Below, one piece after another: positions 27,854-38,049 of a stretch of 45,162 bases of DNA. Positions within the stretch are counted from its first letter, which is position 1; the number at the start of each line of letters is the position of its first letter. The notes beneath the pieces were generated by a model. That model made no database searches. It saw nothing but the letters and a program-made list of their open reading frames with translations, and had not been told where the DNA came from. Source of the DNA: Promethearchaeota archaeon (GTDB lineage: Archaea > Asgardarchaeota > Lokiarchaeia > Sigyniarchaeales > SOKP01); NCBI GenBank assembly GCA_019894975.1, contig JAGXNO010000032.1:1-45162 (forward strand), given 5' to 3'. The position numbers and the translations under genes are program-made.

Positions 27854-28675
27854 TTATTCTACTAGTTTTAGTTCATTAATTAAATACTCCCCGACTACAT
27901 CTACTCCCATTTTGTGTACATAATTGTTAATATTTTGTTGTAAAAATTTAATGATTTTTTCAGAAACTTTATCACAAACTGACTTACATTCTAAGAATTC
28001 ATTATGTAAAATCAACTCACAAGAAGCATTTACTTTAGTACATAATTTTTTTAATTGTAAAGAGATACCCTCTGCAGGAAGAGTAGTAAAGTTATCCCAA
28101 CTATCCCTAAAACCAGAGATTTGACTCGGAGATGTATTTTCCAACAATTCTTTTAAACTACCGTCTGATAAACTCCTATTAACCCGATCGGTTATATGGT
28201 TTAATTCTTTTTTGGCTTCCAGTTGGCAAAGAAAGACATAATATTTTAATAATTCTTCAGCTTCTTTAGTTTTCTTGGAATCAACAATTGTCCATCCATT
28301 CGTCTTTTTACAACTTAACTCTTTCTTTTCAGGATTCGAAAAATTAGTGGGGTAAATCCAACATTGCGGTGGTTTAATTCCTGAATTATGGACAAGGCAA
28401 CCATTTATCTTCTCATCATATAAAAAACATTTTCCTTTCTTTTCATCAAACCTTAACTTAAAACTAAAAACATCGCTTCTGATAAAATCACTCTTAATAG
28501 CATAACCCCGTTTAATATATTCTTTTACTAAGATTTTGGGGATATCAATCTTAATTGAACAACAATCACCCTTACATATATCTAAACAATTTGGACCAGT
28601 AATTGCCTCCTTCATTAAAATATTGAATTTTTTAACTATTTCCCAAAATTTGTCGTCGACCACAGTATTACTCAA
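27854..28675 (-). CDS. YkgJ-like (CxxCxxCC) cysteine-cluster Zn/Fe-S protein
   Basis: CLDICKGDCC, KCFLYD...GCLVH..KPPQCWIYP, plus further C-terminal Cys. Confidence 0.75.
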   Translation of the reverse strand: MSNTVVDDKFWEIVKKFNILMKEAITGPNCLDICKGDCCSIKIDIPKILVKEYIKRGYAIKSDFIRSDVFSFKLRFDEKKGKCFLYDEKINGCLVHNSGIKPPQCWIYPTNFSNPEKKELSCKKTNGWTIVDSKKTKEAEELLKYYVFLCQLEAKKELNHITDRVNRSLSDGSLKELLENTSPSQISGFRDSWDNFTTLPAEGISLQLKKLCTKVNASCELILHNEFLECKSVCDKVSEKIIKFLQQNINNYVHKMGVDVVGEYLINELKLVE

Positions 28676-28848
28676 TAACTTTATTATTATCTCTAATCCT
28701 TAAGAATGATTATCATTTAAAATTCATCATATAAGGATGTATGGAAATACAAGATTTTAAATTGACTCACTTTATTATTTAGTAAATTTTGATAACAAAT
28801 TTTGTAGATTTTTCAAAATCAAAATAATAAAAAACGAGTAAAAGTAGA

Positions 28849-30960
28849 ATGTCCGAAAACCTAGTAATTATAGATATAACTGATTTCGAATTTATAACTC
28901 TCGATGGCTCACAAAACCTTAAAGATATATCCGGAAACGGAACGCTGGTTGTGAAGAATCCAACACAAAGAAGTAGATTATGGAATCTTATATGTAATGT
29001 TAAGGAAAATGTAAACACTTCTATAGAAGCGAAAGAACTTACAGTAGGAACATTAAATCCTGCTCAAGACTTCACAAAAGAATATGAAATCAAGGATCTT
29101 AAAAGATCATCCTTAAAAGTCGAAGAGATTTTTGATACTGATAAATCTGATTCAGGTAAAGTAAATAATGCATTTCTTTATAAAACTGATAACAAATGTA
29201 GTTTGAAACTTACATTAACTAATCCTTTGAATTTACCCGTCTTAGAGATAAAAGTTAAAAGGGACATGCCCGAATTTATTCAAGAAATTGAAATGAGAGA
29301 TCCAAGTAGTGGGGAAGCTAGCTTAAAAGAAGAAGAAGGAAAGCGAATTCTTTACTGGGAGTTAACCTCTTTGGATGCAGAAAACAAGGCAGAACTTGAA
29401 ATTTTCTTTACAGCTAATATTAAAGAATTATCTTCTCAAGAGATTGGTAAGTTAACTGTAAATTATCTTATAAATAATTATAAATTAACAATGATGAATC
29501 CTGAAGTCAGAGGACTAACAGATTCAATGAGTGGAATCGATAGAGACGAAGGGACTCAACCTGGAGCATGGGATTGTAATGTGGAATTTATTAATGAATC
29601 TGGATTCCAAGTTAAACTTGAAGATGTGAAAGTATCGCAAACAATTACGACAGGAGTAGAAACAGTGGTTTCTCAAACTCCAGATAGAGTCTTAAATCCA
29701 GATGAGTCATGGGATTTCGATTTTCAAGTTGAGGCTAAAGATGTACCAGAACTTAGCTCTGAAATTGGATCTACTCCTTTATTTGTGGTGATTCCAAGAG
29801 TGGTCGGTGAAATCGTAAAAGAATCTACTATTTACGATGTATTAAGTGCTACAATTGATAAAAATATTAATCCTCCTGAGGTAGATGCTTATGCTAATAC
29901 TGATATGTCAATTACAAATACGATTGTAAACGATGGATCTTCTGCAGTTGATAAGTTTTTCTTATCAGACGAAACTCCTCCTGATTTTATTCCTCCTTCT
30001 GTAAAAGATATAAAAATTCTTTTAGGGGATATAGATATAAGTTCACGAGAGGAATTTGTACAAAAAATTTTGATAGATCCTAGCGATCAGGATTTTTCTC
30101 ATAAGCATCAAATATATGTAGAATTGCATAATCTTGCAAATGAATTTCTTCCGGGAAAACAAATGGTGATATCATATCCACTTCTAGCAAGAAATCCTAG
30201 ACCCCCTACTGAAACAAAGTACATGACTCCAGTGAAAATTGATATTAACAGTCCAGTAGAAGGTAAATCTTATATTAGAAGCCCTGATGAAGAGCCAGAG
30301 CTTAAAGTAAGATATGTAAAGCGTAAGTTAAAAACTCTTAAAAGTATCAAACCAGGACTTAGTGAAGGAGAGTTTAGTATTGGTGTAAGAGTTCAAAATA
30401 AAGGAGATGTAGAATTGGAAAACGTGTTAGTCAAAGACATTATTCCTACTGGTTTTAATCTCACAGAATTTACACCCCCTGTTGATGCCACCCATGAAGT
30501 AGTACAAGTAGGAGATTTATCTGAATTACATGTAAAAGTTCCTGAGATAAAAGGAGGTTCATCAGTAAGTATTAATTACAACTGCTCTGGCTCAGGTGAT
30601 TATCCTCGATCTGAGCCTGTGATAATCGTTTTAGGTAGAGGTGGAGGTGAAACAACTGGATCTTCTGAAACACCTCAAGCAATGGCCGAATCTCAAAAAG
30701 CTCATGTAGTTGACTCTCAAGCGGGTAAAATACATGATACGTTTATTGAAATATATAAAGCTGTTGATCGAGCACCCACTGGTGAAGTTTTAGGTGATAT
30801 CTTAGAAAAACGAAGAGACGAGTTTCCACCCGGGCCTATACTTCACCAGTTATTAGCATTTGCTAAAGAAATGAGAGCTCTTGGGGATAAGATTATTGTA
30901 GGTTCTTTGAGAGACGAAGTAATGATAAAATTACAGAGTTTTAAAAGTAAATATGCCTAA
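28849..30960 (+). CDS. 703-aa cytosolic multi-beta-sandwich protein: N-terminal mu-homology (adaptin mu/delta-COP)-like region, DUF11-like Ig domains, helical C-terminus
   Basis: No signal peptide or TM. ENLVIIDITD.EFITLDG.QNLKDISGNGTLVV and EIKVKRDMP...GEASL...RILYWELTSLDAENKAELEIF...LTVNYLI resemble MHD strands. VRVQNKGDVELENVLVKDIIPTGF is DUF11-like. The CDS is certain; the MHD call is inferred. Confidence 0.55.
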   Translation: MSENLVIIDITDFEFITLDGSQNLKDISGNGTLVVKNPTQRSRLWNLICNVKENVNTSIEAKELTVGTLNPAQDFTKEYEIKDLKRSSLKVEEIFDTDKSDSGKVNNAFLYKTDNKCSLKLTLTNPLNLPVLEIKVKRDMPEFIQEIEMRDPSSGEASLKEEEGKRILYWELTSLDAENKAELEIFFTANIKELSSQEIGKLTVNYLINNYKLTMMNPEVRGLTDSMSGIDRDEGTQPGAWDCNVEFINESGFQVKLEDVKVSQTITTGVETVVSQTPDRVLNPDESWDFDFQVEAKDVPELSSEIGSTPLFVVIPRVVGEIVKESTIYDVLSATIDKNINPPEVDAYANTDMSITNTIVNDGSSAVDKFFLSDETPPDFIPPSVKDIKILLGDIDISSREEFVQKILIDPSDQDFSHKHQIYVELHNLANEFLPGKQMVISYPLLARNPRPPTETKYMTPVKIDINSPVEGKSYIRSPDEEPELKVRYVKRKLKTLKSIKPGLSEGEFSIGVRVQNKGDVELENVLVKDIIPTGFNLTEFTPPVDATHEVVQVGDLSELHVKVPEIKGGSSVSINYNCSGSGDYPRSEPVIIVLGRGGGETTGSSETPQAMAESQKAHVVDSQAGKIHDTFIEIYKAVDRAPTGEVLGDILEKRRDEFPPGPILHQLLAFAKEMRALGDKIIVGSLRDEVMIKLQSFKSKYA

Positions 30961-30990
30961 TTTTTCTTAATTTTTCTTCTATTTTTTTCT
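30960..30990 (+). terminator. T-rich terminator after the 703-aa gene
   Basis: tttttcttaatttttcttctatttttttct immediately after the stop. Confidence 0.45.
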
Positions 30991-31123
30991 AATTTAGTTA
31001 TTAAATGTAATTAATCATAATTTGACTCTATTGGAAAATGTTGAGTTAAAAAAAAAAACTTATTTCATACAATATAGTTTAATTAATTAGTAGTAAAAAA
31101 ATATTAAATTTGTAATTGTTAAG

Positions 31124-31765
31124 ATGATAATTGAATTAACACTTAGCCTATTTTTTACATTCATTTCAAGTCTTATTATATACTGGGTAATACATTTAAA
31201 AGTGGAGGATAAGAACAAAAAAGTAGTTAAAATCTTTTATAACTTTCATTCTGTAATCTGGGCTTTCACTTTAATAACAATTCCTATTATAAATTCAAGT
31301 TTTTTAAGATTTTTTCTTCCCGAAAATATTAGTTATTTCAAGGATTATTGGATATTGTTTGCTCTCTTGGGTATTGTATTCATCATATTAGGTATTAACT
31401 TTGCTAGAAGAGCTAGTAAACTAAAAAAAAATAAGCTTAAAAATGAAAATAATTCCAACTTGATAACATCTGGAGTTTTTAGAATTATTAGACATCCAAA
31501 TTACTCTGCATGGATAATAATATTTTTTGGAATAGCTTTAATATCTGATTCACTTGTTTCTTTAATTTTCTGTCCTATTGTTTTATTACTATTGGAGATT
31601 CATGCTTCAATTGAAGAAAAACTAGTTTTAAAACCAAGATATGGCAATAATTATGATATTTTCAAGGAAAAATCACCTTCTCGCATTATTCCCACACCTT
31701 TGAACCTTTTACTAGTAATAATTGCGATGATAATAGTATATGTTGGATTTCTAAACATCTCTTAA
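31124..31765 (+). CDS. ICMT/PEMT-family integral membrane methyltransferase
   Basis: Multiple TMs, LITSGVFRIIRHPNY, EEK.L...YG..Y. Confidence 0.85.
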   Translation: MIIELTLSLFFTFISSLIIYWVIHLKVEDKNKKVVKIFYNFHSVIWAFTLITIPIINSSFLRFFLPENISYFKDYWILFALLGIVFIILGINFARRASKLKKNKLKNENNSNLITSGVFRIIRHPNYSAWIIIFFGIALISDSLVSLIFCPIVLLLLEIHASIEEKLVLKPRYGNNYDIFKEKSPSRIIPTPLNLLLVIIAMIIVYVGFLNIS

Positions 31766-31805
31766 AATCCAAACCTTACAAGATATAAAAAAGATGTGAA
31801 AGTAA

Positions 31806-33095
31806 ATGAGTAAATTACATAAGATTAACAATGTTGCAATAGTCGGGGCTGGTATAATGGGTAGTGGAATTGCCCAAGTTGCTCTACTAAGTGGTTATCA
31901 GAAAGTTGCGCTTATTGATGTGAGTGAAAAAGTTCTCATGAAAGCAAAAGAATCAATCCAGCTTTGGATTCAGTTTCTCAATACTGAGGAAAAATTTAAT
32001 GAATTAATCGCTAACGATTATGTCATGCAAAATGTTATGAAAAATACAACTTTTGAAAAAATTAGGAATTCATTTAAATCTGTAGGGATCTTGGCTGAAA
32101 ATTTTACTGTAGATGAAATCATTGATCGGTTAATCTGTGAGGTTAATCTTAAAAATGCTGTTTCAGATTCCGATTTTATTATTGAAGCGGTGCCCGAGAA
32201 TTTAGATCTGAAAATCGAGATATTCAAGAAATTAGGAGAATACTCTCCTTCTCATGCAATTTTAGCTTCAAATACCTCGACAATCAGTCCATCAAAACTC
32301 GGTCAAAGTACAAATAGACCGAATAAAGTAATAGGAATGCATTTTCATGGATCTTTTCCCATTAGGGGGCGTCTAATTGAAATTACTGGTGGGAACAGAA
32401 CGACTGAAGAAGCTTTAAGTTTCGGATATCAAGTTGCTGAAAAATGTCCTTCTATAGCAGGTGATAGATTTACACTCCGTCTTAAAAAAGAAACCCCTGG
32501 ATTTGTAGCTAATAGATTGACTCTTGCACGAGCAATTCATTTAAACTGGATTTTAGATAACGCAGATTTACAAGAAATCTCAATAGATCAATTATTAGCA
32601 GGGGGTTTACGATTGATAGGCTTAGATATTGTTGGTTTAGACACAATCTATAATACATGGAAATATTTAGAGGAAAATCTATCTCCCGATTTTGCCCCAG
32701 GAGAAGTAATAACAACCTTAGTTCGGAAAGGTCATTTGGGAAAGAAAACAGGAAAGGGCTTCTTTGAATGGAAAGAAGGTAAACCTATTATTAAAGAAGT
32801 TCTCGTGGATGATTCGACGAAGGAATTTTTGACCGTAAATAGGGATAAAAATCTTGCATTGGCAATAAGAATGAATGAGGCTTGTCGTTTAATAGAGGAA
32901 GGTGTTATAAAGGGATACGGAACCATTAATAAAGTTGATATTATTGGAGACAACCGACAAGAAACATTTGTGTTAGGTTGGGAGAAATATAAAAAATGGT
33001 CTGAGATTTTAGAAAATTTCGCTCAAAAACTAGGGAAGCCATATCTAAAACCATGTGATATGATGAAATTTGGCAGATTTAAAGATTTTCCTTGA
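31806..33095 (+). CDS. 3-hydroxyacyl-CoA dehydrogenase family protein
   Basis: VGAGIMGSGIAQ, IIEAVPENL.LK, LASNTST, GMHF...LIEI, PGFVANR, D.VGLD, LGKKTGKGF. Confidence 0.9.
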   Translation: MSKLHKINNVAIVGAGIMGSGIAQVALLSGYQKVALIDVSEKVLMKAKESIQLWIQFLNTEEKFNELIANDYVMQNVMKNTTFEKIRNSFKSVGILAENFTVDEIIDRLICEVNLKNAVSDSDFIIEAVPENLDLKIEIFKKLGEYSPSHAILASNTSTISPSKLGQSTNRPNKVIGMHFHGSFPIRGRLIEITGGNRTTEEALSFGYQVAEKCPSIAGDRFTLRLKKETPGFVANRLTLARAIHLNWILDNADLQEISIDQLLAGGLRLIGLDIVGLDTIYNTWKYLEENLSPDFAPGEVITTLVRKGHLGKKTGKGFFEWKEGKPIIKEVLVDDSTKEFLTVNRDKNLALAIRMNEACRLIEEGVIKGYGTINKVDIIGDNRQETFVLGWEKYKKWSEILENFAQKLGKPYLKPCDMMKFGRFKDFP

Positions 33096-33190
33096 AGTTG
33101 AGATAATTTACGGAAAAATAACTTCAAATTTGTGGAATGATTTGAAATATAGGAAGAAATTATAATATATTTCTCAAAGAAATAAGAACT

Positions 33191-34432
33191 TTAATAAACC
33201 GATTCAATTCTACTTTTTTCCTTTGTTACGAAACTTAATAAAACATTAATTTCTTCAATTTGTTTGTTTAATATTGAAATCTTCTGTTCAATCATGTCAG
33301 AATTAGATAATCCCTTCTTTTCTAACTCTTTTCTAATTATTACGTAAGACCTTATCTGGTTGATTGTTTGTTGCATTTTCTTTAGTTTTATTTCAAAATT
33401 CCTTTTATAAATTTTAAGTTTTTCAAAGACAAGTTCAATTTGATCTAGAATCTTAAAACATTCATCAATGTTCTCTTCCTTTTTTAAAATTTGTATATTT
33501 TCTATAACATCTTTTAAAATTGATAATATAATTTCGCGATTTTGCATTTCTACGGGTTTCTTTATAACAATTTGTTCTGGAATTATCTTGTCAAGAATAT
33601 TTTTCGCATATTTTATTTCTATTTTTTTGTTTAGCATCCCCAAAGAATTAGGTTCAGATTTACTGGCGATTGTCTTATTTGAGATCTCAAACTCATCTAA
33701 GTCTGTTATCAATTCTAACTCATCTATTTCAAGTTGAGTTATTAAAGGCGAAAATTTTACTTGTAATTGTCGGTTACCATAAAACTCATCATTTTGTCTT
33801 AGTATCTGAGTATAAGTTTGGACAAAATCCTGTCCAATAGGTGCGAAAAGTACACCTCCATCCCTATCCAGTTGTTTTAGCAAAGGAAATATTTTTGTTT
33901 GTTCAATGGCACCAGTTACTAATATTTTTTGCCACGGGCTTAAATCGGGCATCCCGTTTAGAGGATTTTTCACAATAATGTTAATGTTATTATCCAAATT
34001 TAATTTCTTAAGGTTTTCGGCTGTTAGTTTAGCAATTTCAGAGTTAGCTTCAAGAATAACAATTTTACCTTTCGGTGCTAACTGATGTGCTAAAGCAGAT
34101 ATATAACCTGATTTAGCACCTAGAATAAGAAGATCGTCATTTGCTTTTAGTGCTAATCCTTGAAGCATAATTGTGATCATATGAGGTGCAGAAATCGTAC
34201 GGTAACTTTGGGGATTATGTTCATCATAATAAAAGAGATTTGGTTTATCTTCATAAAGCTGTACCATGTTTTTCAACTTACCAGGAATAAATTTCTCAAG
34301 TGGAATTTCCATAAAAGCTTTTATTAACCGTTTATCTTTCAGGATTTCATTTACAACTAACGTATCCAATAAGCGTTTTTTCTTATTCTTTAACGTTTCC
34401 TTAAATGATTCGTCTCTGTTCAAATTTATCAA
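33191..34432 (-). CDS. pcm: Protein-L-isoaspartate O-methyltransferase-like protein with long helical C-terminal extension
   Basis: LIKAFMEIPLEKFIP, TISAPHM, LGAKSGY, PWQKILVTGA, LLKQL..GGVLFAPIG, VKFSPL, then about 180 aa of charged helical tail. Confidence 0.78.
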   Translation of the reverse strand: MINLNRDESFKETLKNKKKRLLDTLVVNEILKDKRLIKAFMEIPLEKFIPGKLKNMVQLYEDKPNLFYYDEHNPQSYRTISAPHMITIMLQGLALKANDDLLILGAKSGYISALAHQLAPKGKIVILEANSEIAKLTAENLKKLNLDNNINIIVKNPLNGMPDLSPWQKILVTGAIEQTKIFPLLKQLDRDGGVLFAPIGQDFVQTYTQILRQNDEFYGNRQLQVKFSPLITQLEIDELELITDLDEFEISNKTIASKSEPNSLGMLNKKIEIKYAKNILDKIIPEQIVIKKPVEMQNREIILSILKDVIENIQILKKEENIDECFKILDQIELVFEKLKIYKRNFEIKLKKMQQTINQIRSYVIIRKELEKKGLSNSDMIEQKISILNKQIEEINVLLSFVTKEKSRIESVY

Positions 34433-34653
34433 CCTATGATCTTAAAAGAATAATATAAAAGTAAATTATTATATTTTGCCATAATATTTTTTAACACTTT
34501 AGTTCAATTCTAACTTAGTATGGATACGAATATATGTTTTTCTTGGATATCGAACCTCTAAAATTGGCTAAAATTACAGTTGTACTAATTTTCATAAATG
34601 TATGCTGTTTTTTGATTTTCAATTTAATTTTACAAGAAAATTTTATTTTATTC

Positions 34654-35334
34654 TTAATCCAAATTAATCGAAAGTTTTTTTTTTTTATTTCTTAAGGCAA
34701 TCTCCATTGAAAAATCTTTTGCACAGAATGTGTTTATAGAACAAACGTCACATTTAGGATGATTAGGTAAACAAATTTGTTGTCCAAATCTAACTAATAC
34801 TCTATTGAGACGAATCCATTCAATTTTTGGAATAATTTTTTTAAGTTCTTCCTCCGTTTGGTTAGGGCGAGTTGTCTTTATCCAACCTAACCTGTTCGGT
34901 ATACGATGCACATGTGTATCTACCGGAATTGCGGGGATCTTAAAGGCGTAGACTAAAACACAATTAGCCGTTTTAGTACCTACACCAGGTAAATTTATTA
35001 AATCCTCAAAATCTTTGGGAACTTGACTATTATATTCTTCAAGTATGATTCTCGATACTTCTCTTACACGGGCGGCTTTAACTTTGTAAAATCCAGATAC
35101 TCTAATAAGATCTTCAATTACCTCTATTTCTTCTTCAGCTATCAACTTCGGTGTATAATGGTTTTTAAACAGTCTTTCAGTTGCCAGCTTTGTATTTGAA
35201 TCTCTAGTTCTTGCTGATAATATAGTAGAGATTAAAATTTTGAAAGGGTCTTGTTTATTATCAGCTAATTCATCTAAATGTGCTGATCCCTCCAAAATAT
35301 CCTCTATTTCGTCTAAAATCTCTCTATAATTCAT
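34654..35334 (-). CDS. nth: Endonuclease III (HhH-GPD glycosylase, 4Fe-4S)
   Basis: PFKILISTILSARTRD, LPGVGTKTANCV, VDTHVHRI, C-x6-C-x2-C-x5-C. ATG at 35334, 1 nt after the upstream stop. Confidence 0.93.
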   Translation of the reverse strand: MNYREILDEIEDILEGSAHLDELADNKQDPFKILISTILSARTRDSNTKLATERLFKNHYTPKLIAEEEIEVIEDLIRVSGFYKVKAARVREVSRIILEEYNSQVPKDFEDLINLPGVGTKTANCVLVYAFKIPAIPVDTHVHRIPNRLGWIKTTRPNQTEEELKKIIPKIEWIRLNRVLVRFGQQICLPNHPKCDVCSINTFCAKDFSMEIALRNKKKKLSINLD

Positions 35335-35335
35335 A

Positions 35336-36745
35336 TTAACTCTTTTTTTCAAAAACAAAAATCTTTCTTTTTATGACTTGTCCTTTTTTGGCATCTATTA
35401 AGGCTTTATGAGGATTCTTAAGAAAATGAAGTTTTGGATTTGATTTATTGAAAAATCTATTCGAGTCGATTACCGGTACTTGACTAAAACCATTTTCCAT
35501 TGCGATTTTTTCAATATTTAATTGAATATCACTTCCATCCATAGTGCTAATAATTGGGGCAATAAAACAGATTCTTCCCGTATCCTTCAGTAATTTGTAG
35601 GATTCTCTAAAGAATCGATTATATAAGGGTTCCAATTTTGTATATATAATTTCTTTAGCTTGTAGATAGTAAGGTTTTTCTAGAAAAAAGGGACCTAATT
35701 CTGGTTCAGTGCAAATCCCATCAAAAAAATTCTTCTCAAAACGGGTTGAAATTTCTTCTACATTTGCAATAAATATTCTTTCGTTTACAAATAGAGGAAC
35801 ATCTTCTTCTAATTCTTCTAATAACCAATTAAAATTTCGTTTGGAATTTTTAACCTTTATTTCATCAATATCTGACCCATAGATTTGGAAATCTTGTACA
35901 AGGGCAAATAACATAATTGTACCATTTCCCAAAAATGGATCAAGGATTTTCATATGTTCTCTATTTTCAAATAGATTTAAGAAATTCAACATTATTAATG
36001 CTAATTTGGGGGGGATACTGCTTTTAAATTCTTTATACGGGCGTTCTTCATCAATTTTTTTTTTGAAATTCGGATTATCTACAGTAAAGGTTCTGGCAAC
36101 GTAAACTCCTTCTTCTGTGAATCCAAAAATGATTTCTGCTCGGTTTTCAGTGAGAAGGTCATATTTAATAACAACATGTGGAAAAATTGGATTTAGATTG
36201 CCTGATTTTAGATTTTTTTCTGGATATTTATAGTATAAAGCTTTTGTAGCTCCTTTTTCTTTTAAAATTTCCATCAAAGATTTATTAAGGAAAGGTAAAA
36301 AATGCTTCACTAAAACTTTAGGATAGTATTCATCATCATAAAGATTTGGGTAAATTGATATACAGTAAAACATACTTTCATATATTTTAGGGAAAATCTG
36401 TTCTTTCCCGATAAGAAGTTTATCAATTATATTTATTATCTCTTTTCGGGTTCTTTCTACTTCTTTGTATTTTTCAATATTAAAAGGAAAAGCGTTAAGA
36501 ATAGTTTGAATATCAATAAAATTAAAAATTTTTCCAATTTTTTGACATCCTCCCAAAGTAAATTGTATTTCCATTAAATCATTGATATAATATTGCTTTT
36601 TATGTAATTCTTCAAATTCAACTACAGCGATATTTGCTGAATAATCAATGATTTTCCCCTTATGTTGAGAATACTTGAGATAATTGTCGAGTTCTGCGAG
36701 TGCTAGTTGCCAATTAGACCCTAATACAAAGATGAATCTGTCCAT
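35336..36745 (-). CDS. Trm11-like (THUMP-related) RNA methyltransferase
   Basis: N-terminal FVLGSN..LALAEL, ERP..SSIPPKLA.IMLN, ILDPFLGNGTI, YGSDID, FDGICTEPELG. Confidence 0.75.
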   Translation of the reverse strand: MDRFIFVLGSNWQLALAELDNYLKYSQHKGKIIDYSANIAVVEFEELHKKQYYINDLMEIQFTLGGCQKIGKIFNFIDIQTILNAFPFNIEKYKEVERTRKEIINIIDKLLIGKEQIFPKIYESMFYCISIYPNLYDDEYYPKVLVKHFLPFLNKSLMEILKEKGATKALYYKYPEKNLKSGNLNPIFPHVVIKYDLLTENRAEIIFGFTEEGVYVARTFTVDNPNFKKKIDEERPYKEFKSSIPPKLALIMLNFLNLFENREHMKILDPFLGNGTIMLFALVQDFQIYGSDIDEIKVKNSKRNFNWLLEELEEDVPLFVNERIFIANVEEISTRFEKNFFDGICTEPELGPFFLEKPYYLQAKEIIYTKLEPLYNRFFRESYKLLKDTGRICFIAPIISTMDGSDIQLNIEKIAMENGFSQVPVIDSNRFFNKSNPKLHFLKNPHKALIDAKKGQVIKRKIFVFEKKS

Positions 36746-36795
36746 AAGGATTCAATTACTATTTATCTTATTAGTAAGAATGAGGACTCATTAAT

Positions 36796-38049
36796 TTACT
36801 TTTCTTGTTTCTTTTCTAACCATTCTTTAAATGCGACTGTTGCGTTCCCATGCCATACTGCTTTTTTGGGAAACACTTTCTCGAATTCTATTATATCTTC
36901 ATTTGTGTAGCTTAAAGAAGATGTTGCATCTATTAATTCTTCTTCTTTATCTAAATCTATTGACATCTCAAAATGTTCTCCCGAGACTTCTTCTAAAGCG
37001 GTGATGATATCTACAAGATCTTCTTTTTTTCTTTCTATAATAGGGATCTTCTCAAGAATTTTTTCCTCACTTATTTCTTTATCAGCATCGACTCTTGCTT
37101 TTTCATAGGCTTTTCCTTTCTCCAATTTTTCTTTTCTTATTTTCTTAATTTCTTCTATAATTTCTAAGTAATTATCTTTAAAATATTTCAAGCTGACATT
37201 GATTAGATCTGAAATACCCTCCCATTTCTCCTCTTTAATTATTTTTTCTACCCAATAGAATAAATCCAGATTCAATTCAATTGTTACTGGTTTTCCCTCA
37301 GATTCTAAAGTTCCTGTTAACCAACTCAAAATATTAGCAATTAGAATATTATTATCTAAAGCATTAAATCCATATTCTCTCGCGAGAGAAGAAAAAATAC
37401 TAATATTCCCAAATCCTACAACTTTTCCCGCATAATATTCAATCGCTACTAGTAGAGGAACTTTTGGGCTATCTTCCTCTATCCAGTCTTCTCCGTTATA
37501 TAATTTATGCCAACTGTTCAATCCAGAAATAAGGATTCCATCAACTTTTACATTTTTCTCATCCTCAAGAAACTCTAAAACCTGAGTGGTGCATGAGCTT
37601 GAAAAGACGATTTTTTGTAGCTGTTCTGTTATCACATGAGGTTTAAAATTTGTGATAAGTGGTCTTTTTTGAAGATGAACGAAATTAACTGAATCATTAA
37701 TTTCATCCGGTATAAATTCAAAACCGAAAGTTCGCGTTAGATCATTTAAGTTTGTATTATTTCCATAATCTCCCCCACTAGAACTTGTTATTAAAAGATT
37801 TCCTCCACCTTTTACATATTTTGTAAGGTTTTCTATTTCGGTGGGTTCCAAGTTTGTATTTTTTGGTGTTGATAGAATAATAGTTCTATATTTTCTTAAT
37901 TCAGGAATAGAATTAAACCCTGATTCAATTTTTCCAATCTTATAACCAGATGTAAATAAAAATTGCGTGAAGTCAGCAAAACTAGATGATTCTAATGTTA
38001 AAATATTTCCATGGCTATAATCAAGACCAATTATTACTTCTCTTGTCAA
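36796..38049 (-). CDS. GIFT (GldG/IFT52/DUF4350-like) domain protein with putative RHH and charged tail
   Basis: LDYSHG, IILSTP...EIENLTKYVKGGGNLLI...GGD....TNLNDL...FG, GKVVGFGN..IFS...DN..LIANILSWL. Then PVTIELNLDLFYWVEKIIKEEKWEGISDLINVSLKYF (RHH pattern). Confidence 0.7.
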   Translation of the reverse strand: MTREVIIGLDYSHGNILTLESSSFADFTQFLFTSGYKIGKIESGFNSIPELRKYRTIILSTPKNTNLEPTEIENLTKYVKGGGNLLITSSSGGDYGNNTNLNDLTRTFGFEFIPDEINDSVNFVHLQKRPLITNFKPHVITEQLQKIVFSSSCTTQVLEFLEDEKNVKVDGILISGLNSWHKLYNGEDWIEEDSPKVPLLVAIEYYAGKVVGFGNISIFSSLAREYGFNALDNNILIANILSWLTGTLESEGKPVTIELNLDLFYWVEKIIKEEKWEGISDLINVSLKYFKDNYLEIIEEIKKIRKEKLEKGKAYEKARVDADKEISEEKILEKIPIIERKKEDLVDIITALEEVSGEHFEMSIDLDKEEELIDATSSLSYTNEDIIEFEKVFPKKAVWHGNATVAFKEWLEKKQEK

